Part shown: positions 32,374-41,804 of the stretch, in pieces
Layout: the number at the start of each line of letters is the position of its first letter
Numbering within the stretch: position 1 is the first letter of the stretch
From: Eubacteriales bacterium
GTDB lineage: Bacteria > Bacillota > Clostridia > Oscillospirales > CAG-272
DNA length: 50,938 nucleotides
Reading direction: 5' to 3'
NCBI GenBank assembly: GCA_045543375.1
Contig: JAZQMI010000032.1
Coordinates: 1 to 50,938 of the forward strand
Notes under the pieces: generated by a model
Databases searched by the model: none
The model's input: only the letters and a program-made list of their open reading frames with translations
Told to the model about the DNA's origin: nothing
Position numbers and translations under genes: made by a program

Positions 32374-33675
32374 TTATTCAATTCTCTCCAGGATCAGCGG
32401 TGCCTGGGCGAGCTGCTCGTCGGAAATGGTGGTCGCGTCGAGCAACCGTTGCTCGGCGGCGGCAAACAAGCCCTCGTTTGCAGCGTACAGCGTAGCGATA
32501 GGATCGCCCGCCCTGACGCGGTCGCCCGTTTTGGCGATCAGATGGATACCGGCGGCAAAGTCGATCTTGTCCTCCATGGTATTGCGGCCAGCGCCCAGCA
32601 CGAGCGCAGCAGTACCGTAGCCCTCGGTGTCCACGTGTGCGATATAGCCGTCACGCGGTGCGCGAACGGTATACTCGCACGCCGCTCTTTCAAAGCGTTC
32701 AGGATGCTCGATGAGCGTGGCGTCACCGCCCTGAGCGGCGACCATGGCGACCAGTGTACGCAATGCCGCGCCACTCGCAATGCTCTCCCTGACCATGCGC
32801 TCGCACTCGTCCATGCTACCCTTCTCTGCCAGATACAGCATGTTCGTTGCTAAGGCAACGCATAGCTCGGTCAGGTCTTCGGGGCCGTGACCGCGCAGCG
32901 TTTCGATGGCCTCGATCACCTCAAGTGTGTTACCGATGGCGTGCCCCAAGGGGCGATCCATATCGGTGATGAGTGCGAGCATTTTTTTGCCTGCACGCTT
33001 ACCGATCTCGACCATCAAGGTGGCCAGCGCGCGGCTGTCATCCAACGTTTTCATAAACGCGCCGCTGCCCGTCTTGACGTCGAGCACGATGCAATCGTCG
33101 TCGGCTGCCAGCTTTTTACCCATGATGCTGGACGCGATCAGCGGAATGCTGTCGACCGTGGCGGTCACGTCGCGCAGCGCGTACAGCTTTTTATCTGCCG
33201 GAGCAAGCTCTGCGCTCTGTCCGACGATGGCAATGCCCACCTCGTTGACGATGCGCTCAAATTCCTCGGTGGCAAGCTGGGTGCGAAAGCCGGGAATGGC
33301 CTCGAGCTTGTCGATGGTGCCACCCGTATGTCCCAGACCTCTGCCGCTCATTTTAGCGACCTTGACGCCAAGAGAGGCCACGATGGGCGCGACGACCAGA
33401 CTGGTCTTATCACCCACGCCGCCCGTCGAATGCTTATCCACGCGAATACCGTGAATGCGCGAGAAATCCAGACGGTCGCCGCTATCTCTCACAGCCAGCG
33501 TCAGCGCAGTCGTTTCCCGCGCGTCCATGCCGCGGAAATAGACGGCCATGCAAAAGGCTGCCGCCTGATAATCGGCGATCTCGCCGCGCACGTAACCCTC
33601 GACAAAGGCGCGGATCTCGTCGTCCGTCAAGAGCTCGCCGTCACGCTTTTTCTTAATGATATCGTATGCCCTCAT
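32374..33675 (-). CDS. pdp: pyrimidine-nucleoside (thymidine) phosphorylase
   Basis: IIKKKRDGELLTDDEI..., VDKHSTGGVGDKTSL and SGRGLGHTGGTIDKLE are hallmark motifs. 433 aa. Confidence 0.92.
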   Translation of the reverse strand: MRAYDIIKKKRDGELLTDDEIRAFVEGYVRGEIADYQAAAFCMAVYFRGMDARETTALTLAVRDSGDRLDFSRIHGIRVDKHSTGGVGDKTSLVVAPIVASLGVKVAKMSGRGLGHTGGTIDKLEAIPGFRTQLATEEFERIVNEVGIAIVGQSAELAPADKKLYALRDVTATVDSIPLIASSIMGKKLAADDDCIVLDVKTGSGAFMKTLDDSRALATLMVEIGKRAGKKMLALITDMDRPLGHAIGNTLEVIEAIETLRGHGPEDLTELCVALATNMLYLAEKGSMDECERMVRESIASGAALRTLVAMVAAQGGDATLIEHPERFERAACEYTVRAPRDGYIAHVDTEGYGTAALVLGAGRNTMEDKIDFAAGIHLIAKTGDRVRAGDPIATLYAANEGLFAAAEQRLLDATTISDEQLAQAPLILERIE

Positions 33676-34061
33676 AAATTTCCCTCCGTAAAGGCCATGG
33701 GGAGCAGCTCATCCAGACGGTGCGCGCCGTCAAGGAGAATGACCTTGAAATCGGGCGGGCAAAACTCGGCCAGTGCCTGTCGGCAAATACCGCAGGGCGT
33801 ACAGGTGCTCGGCGCCTCGCCCCGACGTCCGCCTGCCACGGCAATGGCGGCAAACTCACGCTCACCACTCGCGACTGCTGAAAACAGCGCCGTGCGCTCG
33901 GCGCAGTTGGTCGCGCCAAACGAAGCGTTTTCGATATTAACACCAAGGTAGACCTTACCCTCCCTCGTCAGCAATGCCGCACCGACGGCGTAGCCCGAAT
34001 AGGGCGCGTAGGCGCGCTCACGCACCTCGGTGGCAAGCGCAAACAATTCCTGATCCGTCAT
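33672..34061 (-). CDS. cdd: cytidine deaminase
   Basis: Zinc motifs NCAERTALF and PCGICRQ. I place the start at the ATG at 34061 (MTDQELF..., 8 nt after AAGGAGG), which matches the usual Cdd N-terminus, rather than the tracked start at 34079. Confidence 0.9.
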   Translation of the reverse strand: MTDQELFALATEVRERAYAPYSGYAVGAALLTREGKVYLGVNIENASFGATNCAERTALFSAVASGEREFAAIAVAGGRRGEAPSTCTPCGICRQALAEFCPPDFKVILLDGAHRLDELLPMAFTEGNL

Positions 34062-34075
34062 ATTTTTGTCCTCCT

Positions 34076-35242
34076 TCATGCACGGACGTCAGCCCAAAAG
34101 CTCTCGCCCTTGGTCGTGCCGCGATCGACACCAAGTGCGTCCAGCACGGTAGCGGCGATGTCGGCAAAGCTCTCTCTCGTGCCAAGATCGACGCCCGCCT
34201 TGACGCCCTTACCAAAGAGCAGCATGGGCGTGTACTCACGCGAGTGATCGGTCGAGGGGGTGGCGGGGTCGCAGCCGTGATCGGCCGTAATGAGCAGCAT
34301 ATCCTGCTCACCGAGCAGCGGCAGCAGCTCGCCGAGCTGCTTGTCAAAGCGAGCCAGTGCGGCGGCGTAGCCGTCCACGTCGTTGCGGTGACCGTAGGTC
34401 ATATCGAAATCGACCAGATTGGTAAAGCAAAGTCCTTCAAAATCACGCCCCGCAAGCTCGATGGTGATCTCCATGCCGTGCTCGTTGTTCTGGGTGCGGT
34501 TGCCCTCGCACACGCCCTGCCCTGCGAAAATATCCTCGATCTTGCCGACCGAAATGACCGTTTTGCCGCTCGCCTTGATGCGATCCAGCATGGTTTCGGA
34601 GGGCGGCAGCAGCGAATAGTCGTGTCTGCGCGGCGTGCGGGTGTATGGGTAGTCGCCCGTAAACGGACGGGCGATCACGCGACCGACGTGATGAGGCGGC
34701 GTAAGCAGTGCGCGCGCGATCTCGCAGTATTCATACAATTTCTCGATCGGGACGACGTCCTCATGCGCGGCGATCTGAAAGACGCTGTCGGCCGAGGTAT
34801 AGACGATAAGCGCGCCCGTTTCGACGTGCTCACGGCCATAGTCACGAATGACGTCGGTGCCCGAATAGGGCTTGTTGCAAATGACGCGACGCCCTGTCGC
34901 CTTCTCAAAGGCGGCGATCAGCTCGTTGGGAAAGCCCTCGGGGTAGGTGGGCAGCGGCTCAGGCGAGATGACGCCCGCGATCTCCCAATGCCCGATGGTC
35001 GTGTCCTTGCCCATCGACGCCTCACGCATACGGGCGTAGCTTGCCCAAGGGGTGATCGACGCGTCCGCGCCCCCCACGCCTTCAATATGAAAGAGGCCAA
35101 GCTTTTCCAGGTTGGGACAGTAAAATTCCTTGGAGGTGCGGATCGAGCCAAGCGTATTGCTGCCCTCGTCAAAAAAGGCTGCGGCGTCGGGAGCTTCGCC
35201 GATACCGACGCTATCCAGTACGATCAAAAATACACGTTTCAT
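34076..35242 (-). CDS. deoB: phosphopentomutase
   Basis: KRVFLIVLDSVGIGEAPDA..., ...ITADHGCDP... The ATG at 35242 is preferred over the tracked GTG at 35248. Confidence 0.92.
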   Translation of the reverse strand: MKRVFLIVLDSVGIGEAPDAAAFFDEGSNTLGSIRTSKEFYCPNLEKLGLFHIEGVGGADASITPWASYARMREASMGKDTTIGHWEIAGVISPEPLPTYPEGFPNELIAAFEKATGRRVICNKPYSGTDVIRDYGREHVETGALIVYTSADSVFQIAAHEDVVPIEKLYEYCEIARALLTPPHHVGRVIARPFTGDYPYTRTPRRHDYSLLPPSETMLDRIKASGKTVISVGKIEDIFAGQGVCEGNRTQNNEHGMEITIELAGRDFEGLCFTNLVDFDMTYGHRNDVDGYAAALARFDKQLGELLPLLGEQDMLLITADHGCDPATPSTDHSREYTPMLLFGKGVKAGVDLGTRESFADIAATVLDALGVDRGTTKGESFWADVRA

Positions 35243-35252
35243 ACGCACGCCC

Positions 35253-35960
35253 TCACGCGATGGTCAGCGCGACGTCGATCATATCCAGCAGCGCATTCTG
35301 ACGCTGCTCGACCGTCATTTTTGCGCCATTGCCGACAAAGCAATCGCTGACGGTGCACATGCAAAGGGCGCGTTTGCCGGCGCGAGCGGCGTTGCAATAC
35401 AGCGCGGCCGACTCCATCTCGACACCCAGAACACCCATTTTCGCCCAATCCATGTCACTGTGCGCGTCATCGTAGAACATATCGGCGCTGAACACGTTGC
35501 CCACGCGATAGGTCAGCTCTCTTTGCTCGCAGACCTCGGCGGCGCGGCGCAAAAGATCAAAGTCCGCAATGGGGGCAAAGGTGCCGGGCAGGCGGTACTG
35601 AATGGCGTAGTTGCCGTTGGTGCAAGCACCTTGTGCTAAAATGATCGAGCCGAGCGGCAGCTCCTCAAAGAACGAGCCACACGTACCGACGCGAATGATG
35701 CTTTGCACGTCAAAGGCGTTGTAAAGCTCATAGGAATAGATGCCGATGGCGGGCTGACCCATGCCCGATGCCATAACGGACACTCGTTTACCCTTGTAGT
35801 AGCCCGTATATCCCTGCACGCCGCGCACGTCGTTGACAAGTTTGGCGTTCTCAAGAAAGTTCTCGGCGATCATGCGCGATCTCTTGGGGTCACCGGGCAT
35901 GAGCACGGTTTCGGCGAAGTCGCCGAGGTTGGCTGCGATGTGTAAGGTTGGTGCATTCAT
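35253..35960 (-). CDS. deoD: purine nucleoside phosphorylase, DeoD type
   Basis: Trimmed to the ATG at 35960 (RBS AAGGAGAA). Near-colinear with the E. coli DeoD pattern (GDFAETVLMPGDPKR..., GVEMESAALY, CTVSD). Confidence 0.92.
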   Translation of the reverse strand: MNAPTLHIAANLGDFAETVLMPGDPKRSRMIAENFLENAKLVNDVRGVQGYTGYYKGKRVSVMASGMGQPAIGIYSYELYNAFDVQSIIRVGTCGSFFEELPLGSIILAQGACTNGNYAIQYRLPGTFAPIADFDLLRRAAEVCEQRELTYRVGNVFSADMFYDDAHSDMDWAKMGVLGVEMESAALYCNAARAGKRALCMCTVSDCFVGNGAKMTVEQRQNALLDMIDVALTIA

Positions 35961-35976
35961 GATTGTTTTCTCCTTA

Positions 35977-36648
35977 TCAGTATTTGGCGTCGCCGGCGCT
36001 TCCCTCTTTGACGATGCGCACGACGCGGCTGGTACCGAGGCGATCGGCACCCAGCGCGATCATATCCTCCGCGTCCTTGATGCTGGCGATACCACCAGCC
36101 GCCTTGACCTTAACGGTGGGGGCGACGTTGGCTCGCATGAGAGCGACGTCCTCACGCGTTGCGCCGCCGGTGGAAAAGCCGGTCGAGGTTTTGATATAGT
36201 CGGCACCCGCGCGACTGACGATGTGGCACATGCGTACCTTTTCGTCCTCGGTCAGCAAGCAGGTTTCGATGATGACCTTCAAAATTTTATCACCGCACAC
36301 GGCCTTGATGGCGCGGATCTCGTTTTCGATCTCGGCGTCGCGGCCGTCCTTGAGGTAGCCTACGGGAATGACCATGTCGATCTCGTCGGCGCCGCATGCA
36401 AGTGCGTCAGCCGTTTCGGCACACTTAACGGCGGTGGTATTATATCCGTTGGGGAAGCCAATGACGGTACAGATGGCAAGCTTGTCACCCACGTATTCTT
36501 TGGCCTGACCCACGTAAACGGGAGGGATACAGACCGATGCGGTGCCGTATTTGATACCGTCATCGCACAGCGCACGGACATCCTCCCATGTAGCGGTAAC
36601 GGCAAGCTGTGTGTGGTCGCAACGCGACAGAATGTCTTTGATTTCCAT
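35977..36648 (-). CDS. deoC: deoxyribose-phosphate aldolase
   Basis: DHTQL.., VCIPP.., the Schiff-base Lys context ILKVIIETCLL and DYIKTSTGF. 223 aa. Confidence 0.92.
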   Translation of the reverse strand: MEIKDILSRCDHTQLAVTATWEDVRALCDDGIKYGTASVCIPPVYVGQAKEYVGDKLAICTVIGFPNGYNTTAVKCAETADALACGADEIDMVIPVGYLKDGRDAEIENEIRAIKAVCGDKILKVIIETCLLTEDEKVRMCHIVSRAGADYIKTSTGFSTGGATREDVALMRANVAPTVKVKAAGGIASIKDAEDMIALGADRLGTSRVVRIVKEGSAGDAKY

Positions 36649-36663
36649 ACATATTTCCTTTCT

Positions 36664-38754
36664 TTATTGCTTCATCGCCTCGTCGGCGTTCTCGGTCATC
36701 TCAAGTGTCAGTATGCCGCCTGCCATCATGCGGCGTGCGCTCAGGCGGAGTGTGTCGAGCGGCTGACCGTCAAGCGCAGCGTGCTTGACGTAAATGCCCT
36801 TGCCCTCGCGCTTGATGGTGAAGGTGTTGCCCGACGCGAGCGTCATGGTCGTCCGATCAAAGCAGGGCGTGCCGATGAGCATGAGATCCTGACCCGACAC
36901 GGGGAAGATACCCATGGCGTTCCACATATAGCAGGCCGAGAGTCCGCCCGAATCGCAGTTGCCGGGCACGCCGCCCTCGCCCGTGGTGAACATATATTTG
37001 GTGCCCGCCGTGACGACCTCGCAAAGGCGATCGTGGCGGCCCGCATAGGCGTAGGCATAAGGCGTTTCCATGTCGGTCTCGTTGTTAAAGCCCTCAAAGC
37101 GCGTTTTGGTGGACTCGATATCGGTGTAACCGAAGAAGCGGTCGAGCAGCTTTTCAAATTTCTCGCGTCCACCAAATTCCTCGATGCGCGCATCCATCTC
37201 GCGCAAGGGGCGGAAGGCATAGTTCCAATGGTTACCCTCGTAATAGGTATAGCCCTCCTTGAGCACGCCCGTTTCCTTGTCAAAAGCGGTACGCCAATTG
37301 CCCGCGTAGGGGCGAAGCGCGGACGATATGTCGGAAAGACCAAGCTCATCCGCGATGTCGGACACATTGCCGCAGCACTCAGCAAGGTCGAGCGTGTGCG
37401 TCGTTCGCTCGCACGCGCCCGTCTCGAAGAAGTGCTTGTACTGGTCGCCCTTGGTTTCGTCGGCCAGGGCGCGGAACGCCCACTTGTAGTCTACTCCCTG
37501 CACATCGCGATAGTAGGCATCGCAGAACAAATAGCTTGCCAGAAGCCGTGCCTGACAAGATTCGACATCCATGCGCTTGGAAAGCCCGTACGCGTTGGGC
37601 ATTAGCCCGACGTTGTTGCTCAAGAGGGCGTAGGTACGAACCAACTTTTTGCTGATCTCGGGGTACAGTGAGAACAAGAGAGGCACTTGCGTTTTATAGA
37701 TATCCCACAGCGTGGTGAAATCGAGCAAAAAGTCCTCGTCCTCGTAGTAAAAGCTCTCTCCCGACCAGTCCGAGGGCTTTGCCAGCGTGTGATAGAAGTT
37801 GGAGTAGAAAATTTCCTTGTTGCGATCGTCCGTGTCAATATCAATGACCGACAGCTTGTCTTCCCACGCCTCGCTCGCCTTGGCGGCAACCGTATCGAAA
37901 TCCGCGCCGCGCGCTGCGATATTATCCGAGAGCGCCTTATCGGTCGAGCGAGCCGAGATGGTCAGGCAAAGCTCGCCTTTGTCGCCGTCGAGCTCGAATA
38001 CGCAGCCGAACTTTCTCTGTCCTTCGCCGTTCGTTTTGAGCTCGGTCGCATCGATCGTTTGGTAATTTTCCCACAGTTTCACGCTGCCCCCCGTGCAGTG
38101 CGCGCAGAAATGGACGGGTAACCCTTGCAGCACGACGGTGGCCGTGACGGTATGCTCGTCGATGACGCTCAGCGTCGCATCGCCCGCGTCAAAACGAATG
38201 GGTGCGCCGCCCTGCCCTTCGTACAAGCCGTCGTTGGAAAAGTCGATCATGACCTTGTTATCTGTGGCGGTCGGCATGGTATAGCGGTGATAAATGGCGG
38301 TCGTCGAGGTCGTTCCCTCGTACTTGACGCCCGATTGCTTGGCCGTAGCAGTATAATAGCCGGGGCGGCCGCTCTCGTCCGCGAGATCGTGCATCTCGGG
38401 CTTGCGAAGCTCGCCCGAAAACGCCGTGGTCAGCGCGTAGTTGTAAAAGTAGCCGATAAAGCCCGTTCCGCTGTGATGCAGGTGCGACAGGCCGAATATC
38501 TTCTTTCCGTCGTACAGCTCTCTCACGGGCTCACCGCAGTTCACACGATTATTACCGTGACCTGTCGAATAGCCGCCCGAATAGGAGCAGACCGACAGCT
38601 TACCGAAAGGTAGCTGCGCACCGGGATGCGTATTACCGCTCAGTCCCTTAAAGAAAAACCATGCCTTGGCAATGCCCTCAAGTGGCTCGGTCTTAACCGT
38701 ACCGTTGCCTTGAAAAACATTAACGATGTCCGTTTTTTTGATAGATGTAGCCAT
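36664..38754 (-). CDS. glycoside hydrolase family 92-like protein (alpha-mannosidase family), cytoplasmic
   Basis: Trimmed to the ATG at 38754 (RBS GGAGAGGAG). GH92-type motifs GNTHPGAQLPFG near the N-terminus and ETPYAYAYAG...GNCDSGGLSACYMWNAMGIFPV near the C-terminus. No signal peptide. Confidence 0.7.
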   Translation of the reverse strand: MATSIKKTDIVNVFQGNGTVKTEPLEGIAKAWFFFKGLSGNTHPGAQLPFGKLSVCSYSGGYSTGHGNNRVNCGEPVRELYDGKKIFGLSHLHHSGTGFIGYFYNYALTTAFSGELRKPEMHDLADESGRPGYYTATAKQSGVKYEGTTSTTAIYHRYTMPTATDNKVMIDFSNDGLYEGQGGAPIRFDAGDATLSVIDEHTVTATVVLQGLPVHFCAHCTGGSVKLWENYQTIDATELKTNGEGQRKFGCVFELDGDKGELCLTISARSTDKALSDNIAARGADFDTVAAKASEAWEDKLSVIDIDTDDRNKEIFYSNFYHTLAKPSDWSGESFYYEDEDFLLDFTTLWDIYKTQVPLLFSLYPEISKKLVRTYALLSNNVGLMPNAYGLSKRMDVESCQARLLASYLFCDAYYRDVQGVDYKWAFRALADETKGDQYKHFFETGACERTTHTLDLAECCGNVSDIADELGLSDISSALRPYAGNWRTAFDKETGVLKEGYTYYEGNHWNYAFRPLREMDARIEEFGGREKFEKLLDRFFGYTDIESTKTRFEGFNNETDMETPYAYAYAGRHDRLCEVVTAGTKYMFTTGEGGVPGNCDSGGLSACYMWNAMGIFPVSGQDLMLIGTPCFDRTTMTLASGNTFTIKREGKGIYVKHAALDGQPLDTLRLSARRMMAGGILTLEMTENADEAMKQ

Positions 38755-38948
38755 TGTTATCTCCTCTCCTCGCATTCGTGCGAGCTGCGACAATCAAATG
38801 TCCCTGTGTATTGCGTATGTGTTGTCTGCGAAACGCGCATCGTTCCGCATATATATTATATATAATTTTTCCATAAAAGTAAAGGAAATTTCTTCACTTT
38901 TTTCTGTAATTATTTTGTCTGCTTTATAATGATTTTGATTGAAATATC

Positions 38949-38979
38949 AAAGGGAGCCCCGATAGCGTGGGCTCCCTTT
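38949..38979 (-). terminator. terminator of trxB
   Basis: AAAGGGAGCCC cgatagcgt GGGCTCCCTTT. The minus strand continues into a T-rich run. Confidence 0.75.
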
Positions 38980-38986
38980 TCAGTAT

Positions 38987-39910
38987 TCAGCTCAGCGTTG
39001 CCAGATACTGCTCGGCCATATGTGCCGCCACAGCACCGTCGGCGGCGGCCGTGACGATCTGACGCACCGTTTTGGTGCGCACGTCACCGGCGGCGAACAC
39101 GCCCGGCACGCTGGTGCACGTGCTCTCGTCCGCGACGATGTAGCCCTGCTCGTCCAGCGCGAGCTGACCTTGCAGGAATGCCGTTTCGGGCGAGCGGCCG
39201 ATGCTGATAAACAGTCCGTCGAGAGCGATCTCGCGCGTCGAGCCATCGTTGACGTCGCGCACGAGGACGCCCTGCAATCTCTGCTCAAACAACAGCTCGT
39301 CAACGCGGCTGTTCCAGACAAATTCCACGTTTTCGGCCTGCATGAGCGGCTCGTGGTAGATCTTGGTCGCACGCAGCGTGTCACGGCGGTGGATAAGATA
39401 CACCTTGGCACAAATTTTGGACAGCAGCAGCGCGTCTGCTGCGGCGCTGTTGCCGCCGCCGACCACTGCAACCGTCTTGCCACGGAACAGCATACCGTCG
39501 CATGCGGCGCAATAGCCCACGCCGCGACCGACAAGCGCACTCTCATGCTCGACGCCCAGATGCTTATGATCCGCGCCCGTGGCAATGATGACCGTTTTAG
39601 CCAAGAATTCGCCCTCGTCGGTCACAATGCGCTTGGGCGTTGCCGCAAGATCAAGCGAGAGCACCTCGGTGCGCTTGGTCTGCGCGCCGAATCGCTCCGC
39701 TCCCTCTTGCATTTTGAAGCCGAGCGTGAAGCCGTCGACGCCCTCGGAGAAGCCGGGGTAGTTGTCGATCTGCTGTGTTTGGGTCATCTGACCGCCTGCC
39801 GAAAACTTTTCCAGCACCAGCGTGTCAAGTCCTGCGCGGGTAGCGTAAAGTGCAGCCGTATATCCCGCCGGTCCGCCGCCAATGATGACGGTATCAAAGA
39901 TCTGATCCAT
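38987..39910 (-). CDS. trxB: thioredoxin-disulfide reductase
   Basis: FAD motif VIIGGGPAGYTAALYA, redox-active CAACDG, NADPH motif VVGGGNSAAADA. 307 aa. Confidence 0.9.
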   Translation of the reverse strand: MDQIFDTVIIGGGPAGYTAALYATRAGLDTLVLEKFSAGGQMTQTQQIDNYPGFSEGVDGFTLGFKMQEGAERFGAQTKRTEVLSLDLAATPKRIVTDEGEFLAKTVIIATGADHKHLGVEHESALVGRGVGYCAACDGMLFRGKTVAVVGGGNSAAADALLLSKICAKVYLIHRRDTLRATKIYHEPLMQAENVEFVWNSRVDELLFEQRLQGVLVRDVNDGSTREIALDGLFISIGRSPETAFLQGQLALDEQGYIVADESTCTSVPGVFAAGDVRTKTVRQIVTAAADGAVAAHMAEQYLATLS

Positions 39911-39927
39911 TGTCGTTTTGCCTTTGT

Positions 39928-40236
39928 TTACTGCAGCATGGCAAGGATCTGTGCCTTGGGCTTGGCACCCGTCGACTGCTCTGCGATCTTGCCGTCCTTG
40001 ATCACGATGAGCGTGGGAATGCTCATGACGCCGAATTTCTGCGCCAGCTCGGGCTCGGCGTCTACGTCGACCTTAACGATCTTGAATTCGGGATGCTCCG
40101 CTGCAATCTCGTCAACGATGGGCGAAACCATGCGGCAAGGGCCGCACCACGTAGCGAAGAAATCGACCAGAACGGTCTTATCGCTCTGCATGACCTCTTG
40201 CTCAAAATTATCCTTGGTTACGTTCAAAACAGACAT
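39928..40236 (-). CDS. trxA: thioredoxin
   Basis: Trimmed to the ATG at 40236 (RBS AAAGGAGA). WCGPC active site. 102 aa. Confidence 0.92.
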   Translation of the reverse strand: MSVLNVTKDNFEQEVMQSDKTVLVDFFATWCGPCRMVSPIVDEIAAEHPEFKIVKVDVDAEPELAQKFGVMSIPTLIVIKDGKIAEQSTGAKPKAQILAMLQ

Positions 40237-40256
40237 GTCTATCTCCTTTCGATCAA

Positions 40257-40415
40257 TTATTCTTCGGCAGAAAACTGATCCTTGCCGACGCCGCAAAGCG
40301 GGCACTCAAAATCCTCGGGCAGATCCTCCCACTTGGTGCCGGGCTCGATGCCATGCTCGGGATCACCCACTGCCTCATCATATTCATAACCGCAAACGTC
40401 ACATACGTATTTCAT
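40257..40415 (-). CDS. rub: rubredoxin (52 aa; absent from the supplied ORF track)
   Basis: My own translation of the minus strand gives [52 protein letters not shown]. Two CxxCG knuckles. RBS AAAAGGAGAAA. Confidence 0.9.
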   Translation of the reverse strand: MKYVCDVCGYEYDEAVGDPEHGIEPGTKWEDLPEDFECPLCGVGKDQFSAEE

Positions 40416-40482
40416 GTTCTTTTTCTCCTTTTATATTATTTTTTATTAGTATTGCCAACATTGAGTGCTGTTGACACCACGT

Positions 40483-41631
40483 TCAGATTAAATTTTTCGC
40501 GAGCTCGCGTAACTGCTCACGATTTTGCTCGGTCATGGCCGAGCGGATGCTGACGGGCTCCGAAACGAAGGTCAAGCCCTTGCTGCCCTCCAGCAATGCA
40601 GTCATTTTCTTGGCCGCCATGGGCGCCCAGCTACCGTTTTCGATCAGCGCGATGCGGCGGTTCTGATAGCCGCGCTCGGTCAGCTCATGAATAAATTCAC
40701 GCATGAACGGGAACATATCGCTGTTATAGGTGGTCGTAGCAAGCACGAGCGTGCCGTAGCGGAAGGCGTCCTCGACAGCTTCGGCCATATCACAGCGCGC
40801 AAGATCGTTGACCGTTACCTTGGGACAGCCGCACGCACGCAGCTCGTCGGCCAGCAGCTCGACGGCGCGGCGGGTGTTACCGTAGACCGAGGTATAGGCA
40901 ATGACCACGCCCTCACTCTCGACGCCGTAGCTCGTCCAGGTGTTGTACAGTCCCAGATAGTAGCCGAGGTTATCGGACAGCACGGGACCGTGCAGCGGGC
41001 AGATCGCGTCGATTTCAAGCGTTGCGGCCTTTTGCAGCAGCTTTTGCGCCTGCGCGCCGTATTTGCCGACGATACCGAAATAGTATCTTCTCGCCTCGCA
41101 TGCCCAGTCCTCCTCGATGTCAAGAGCGCCGAATTTGCCAAACGCGTCGGCCGAAAACAGCACCTTGTCGCATGCGTCGTAGGTCACCATGACCTCAGGC
41201 CAGTGCACCATGGGTGCGGCGAGGAAGGTCAGCGTGTGCTTGCCAAGCGAGAGCGTGTCGCCCTCCTTGATGACCACGCGGCGGTCAGCATAATCGTCGC
41301 CGAAAAATTGCTTCATCATGACGAACGCCTTATCCGACGATACGACGGTCGCGGCAGGATAGGCCTGCATAAAGGTGGTGATATTGGAGGAATGGTCGGG
41401 CTCCATGTGCTGCACGACGAGATAATCGGGCGTGCGGTCACCAAGCACGGCGGCAATATTGCGCAGCCACTCGTCGCCAAAGCGGGCATCCACCGTGTCC
41501 ATGACGGCGATCTTATCGTCTGTAATCACGTACGAATTATATGCCATTCCGTTCGGGACTTCGTACTGTCCTTCGAACAGATCGATGTCATGATCGTTGA
41601 CACCGACGTATTTGATATCCTTACTTAACAT
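40483..41631 (-). CDS. flavodiiron protein (FprA-type O2/NO reductase)
   Basis: Trimmed to the ATG at 41631. Metallo-beta-lactamase-like diiron motif VVQHMEPDHSS plus a C-terminal flavodoxin domain (VIAYTSVYGNT). Confidence 0.88.
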   Translation of the reverse strand: MLSKDIKYVGVNDHDIDLFEGQYEVPNGMAYNSYVITDDKIAVMDTVDARFGDEWLRNIAAVLGDRTPDYLVVQHMEPDHSSNITTFMQAYPAATVVSSDKAFVMMKQFFGDDYADRRVVIKEGDTLSLGKHTLTFLAAPMVHWPEVMVTYDACDKVLFSADAFGKFGALDIEEDWACEARRYYFGIVGKYGAQAQKLLQKAATLEIDAICPLHGPVLSDNLGYYLGLYNTWTSYGVESEGVVIAYTSVYGNTRRAVELLADELRACGCPKVTVNDLARCDMAEAVEDAFRYGTLVLATTTYNSDMFPFMREFIHELTERGYQNRRIALIENGSWAPMAAKKMTALLEGSKGLTFVSEPVSIRSAMTEQNREQLRELAKNLI

Positions 41632-41676
41632 TAACTCTCCTATCAGCACGCGTAGCGTGCGTCCTCTTTTTTTCTC

Positions 41677-41705
41677 ATTATACCACATTCCAAATGAAAT
41701 TTCAA
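41677..41705 (-). promoter_or_regulatory. sigma-A promoter of the flavodiiron gene
   Basis: Minus strand reads TTGAAA (41705-41700), 17-nt spacer ending in TGG, TATAAT (41682-41677). Confidence 0.65.
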
Positions 41706-41728
41706 CCGTATATTTTTTGAAAATTGAT

Positions 41729-41760
41729 AAAAAAGGGCTGCCACACCGTAGTGTGACAGC
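41729..41760 (-). terminator. terminator of the surface protein gene
   Basis: Minus strand reads GCTGTCACAC tacgg TGTGGCAGC CCTTTTTTATC. One mismatch in the stem. Confidence 0.7.
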
Positions 41761-41804
41761 TCTTTTTACGACACTGCCAACACTTGGTCAGCGATCGTCA
41801 GAAT

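Noticed and set aside
35833-37605. 590-aa plus-strand ORF, and 36843-37385 (-), overlapping deoC and the GH92 gene
   Set aside because: These are antisense or out-of-frame ORFs without motifs. The annotated frames match highly conserved DeoC and GH92 signatures.
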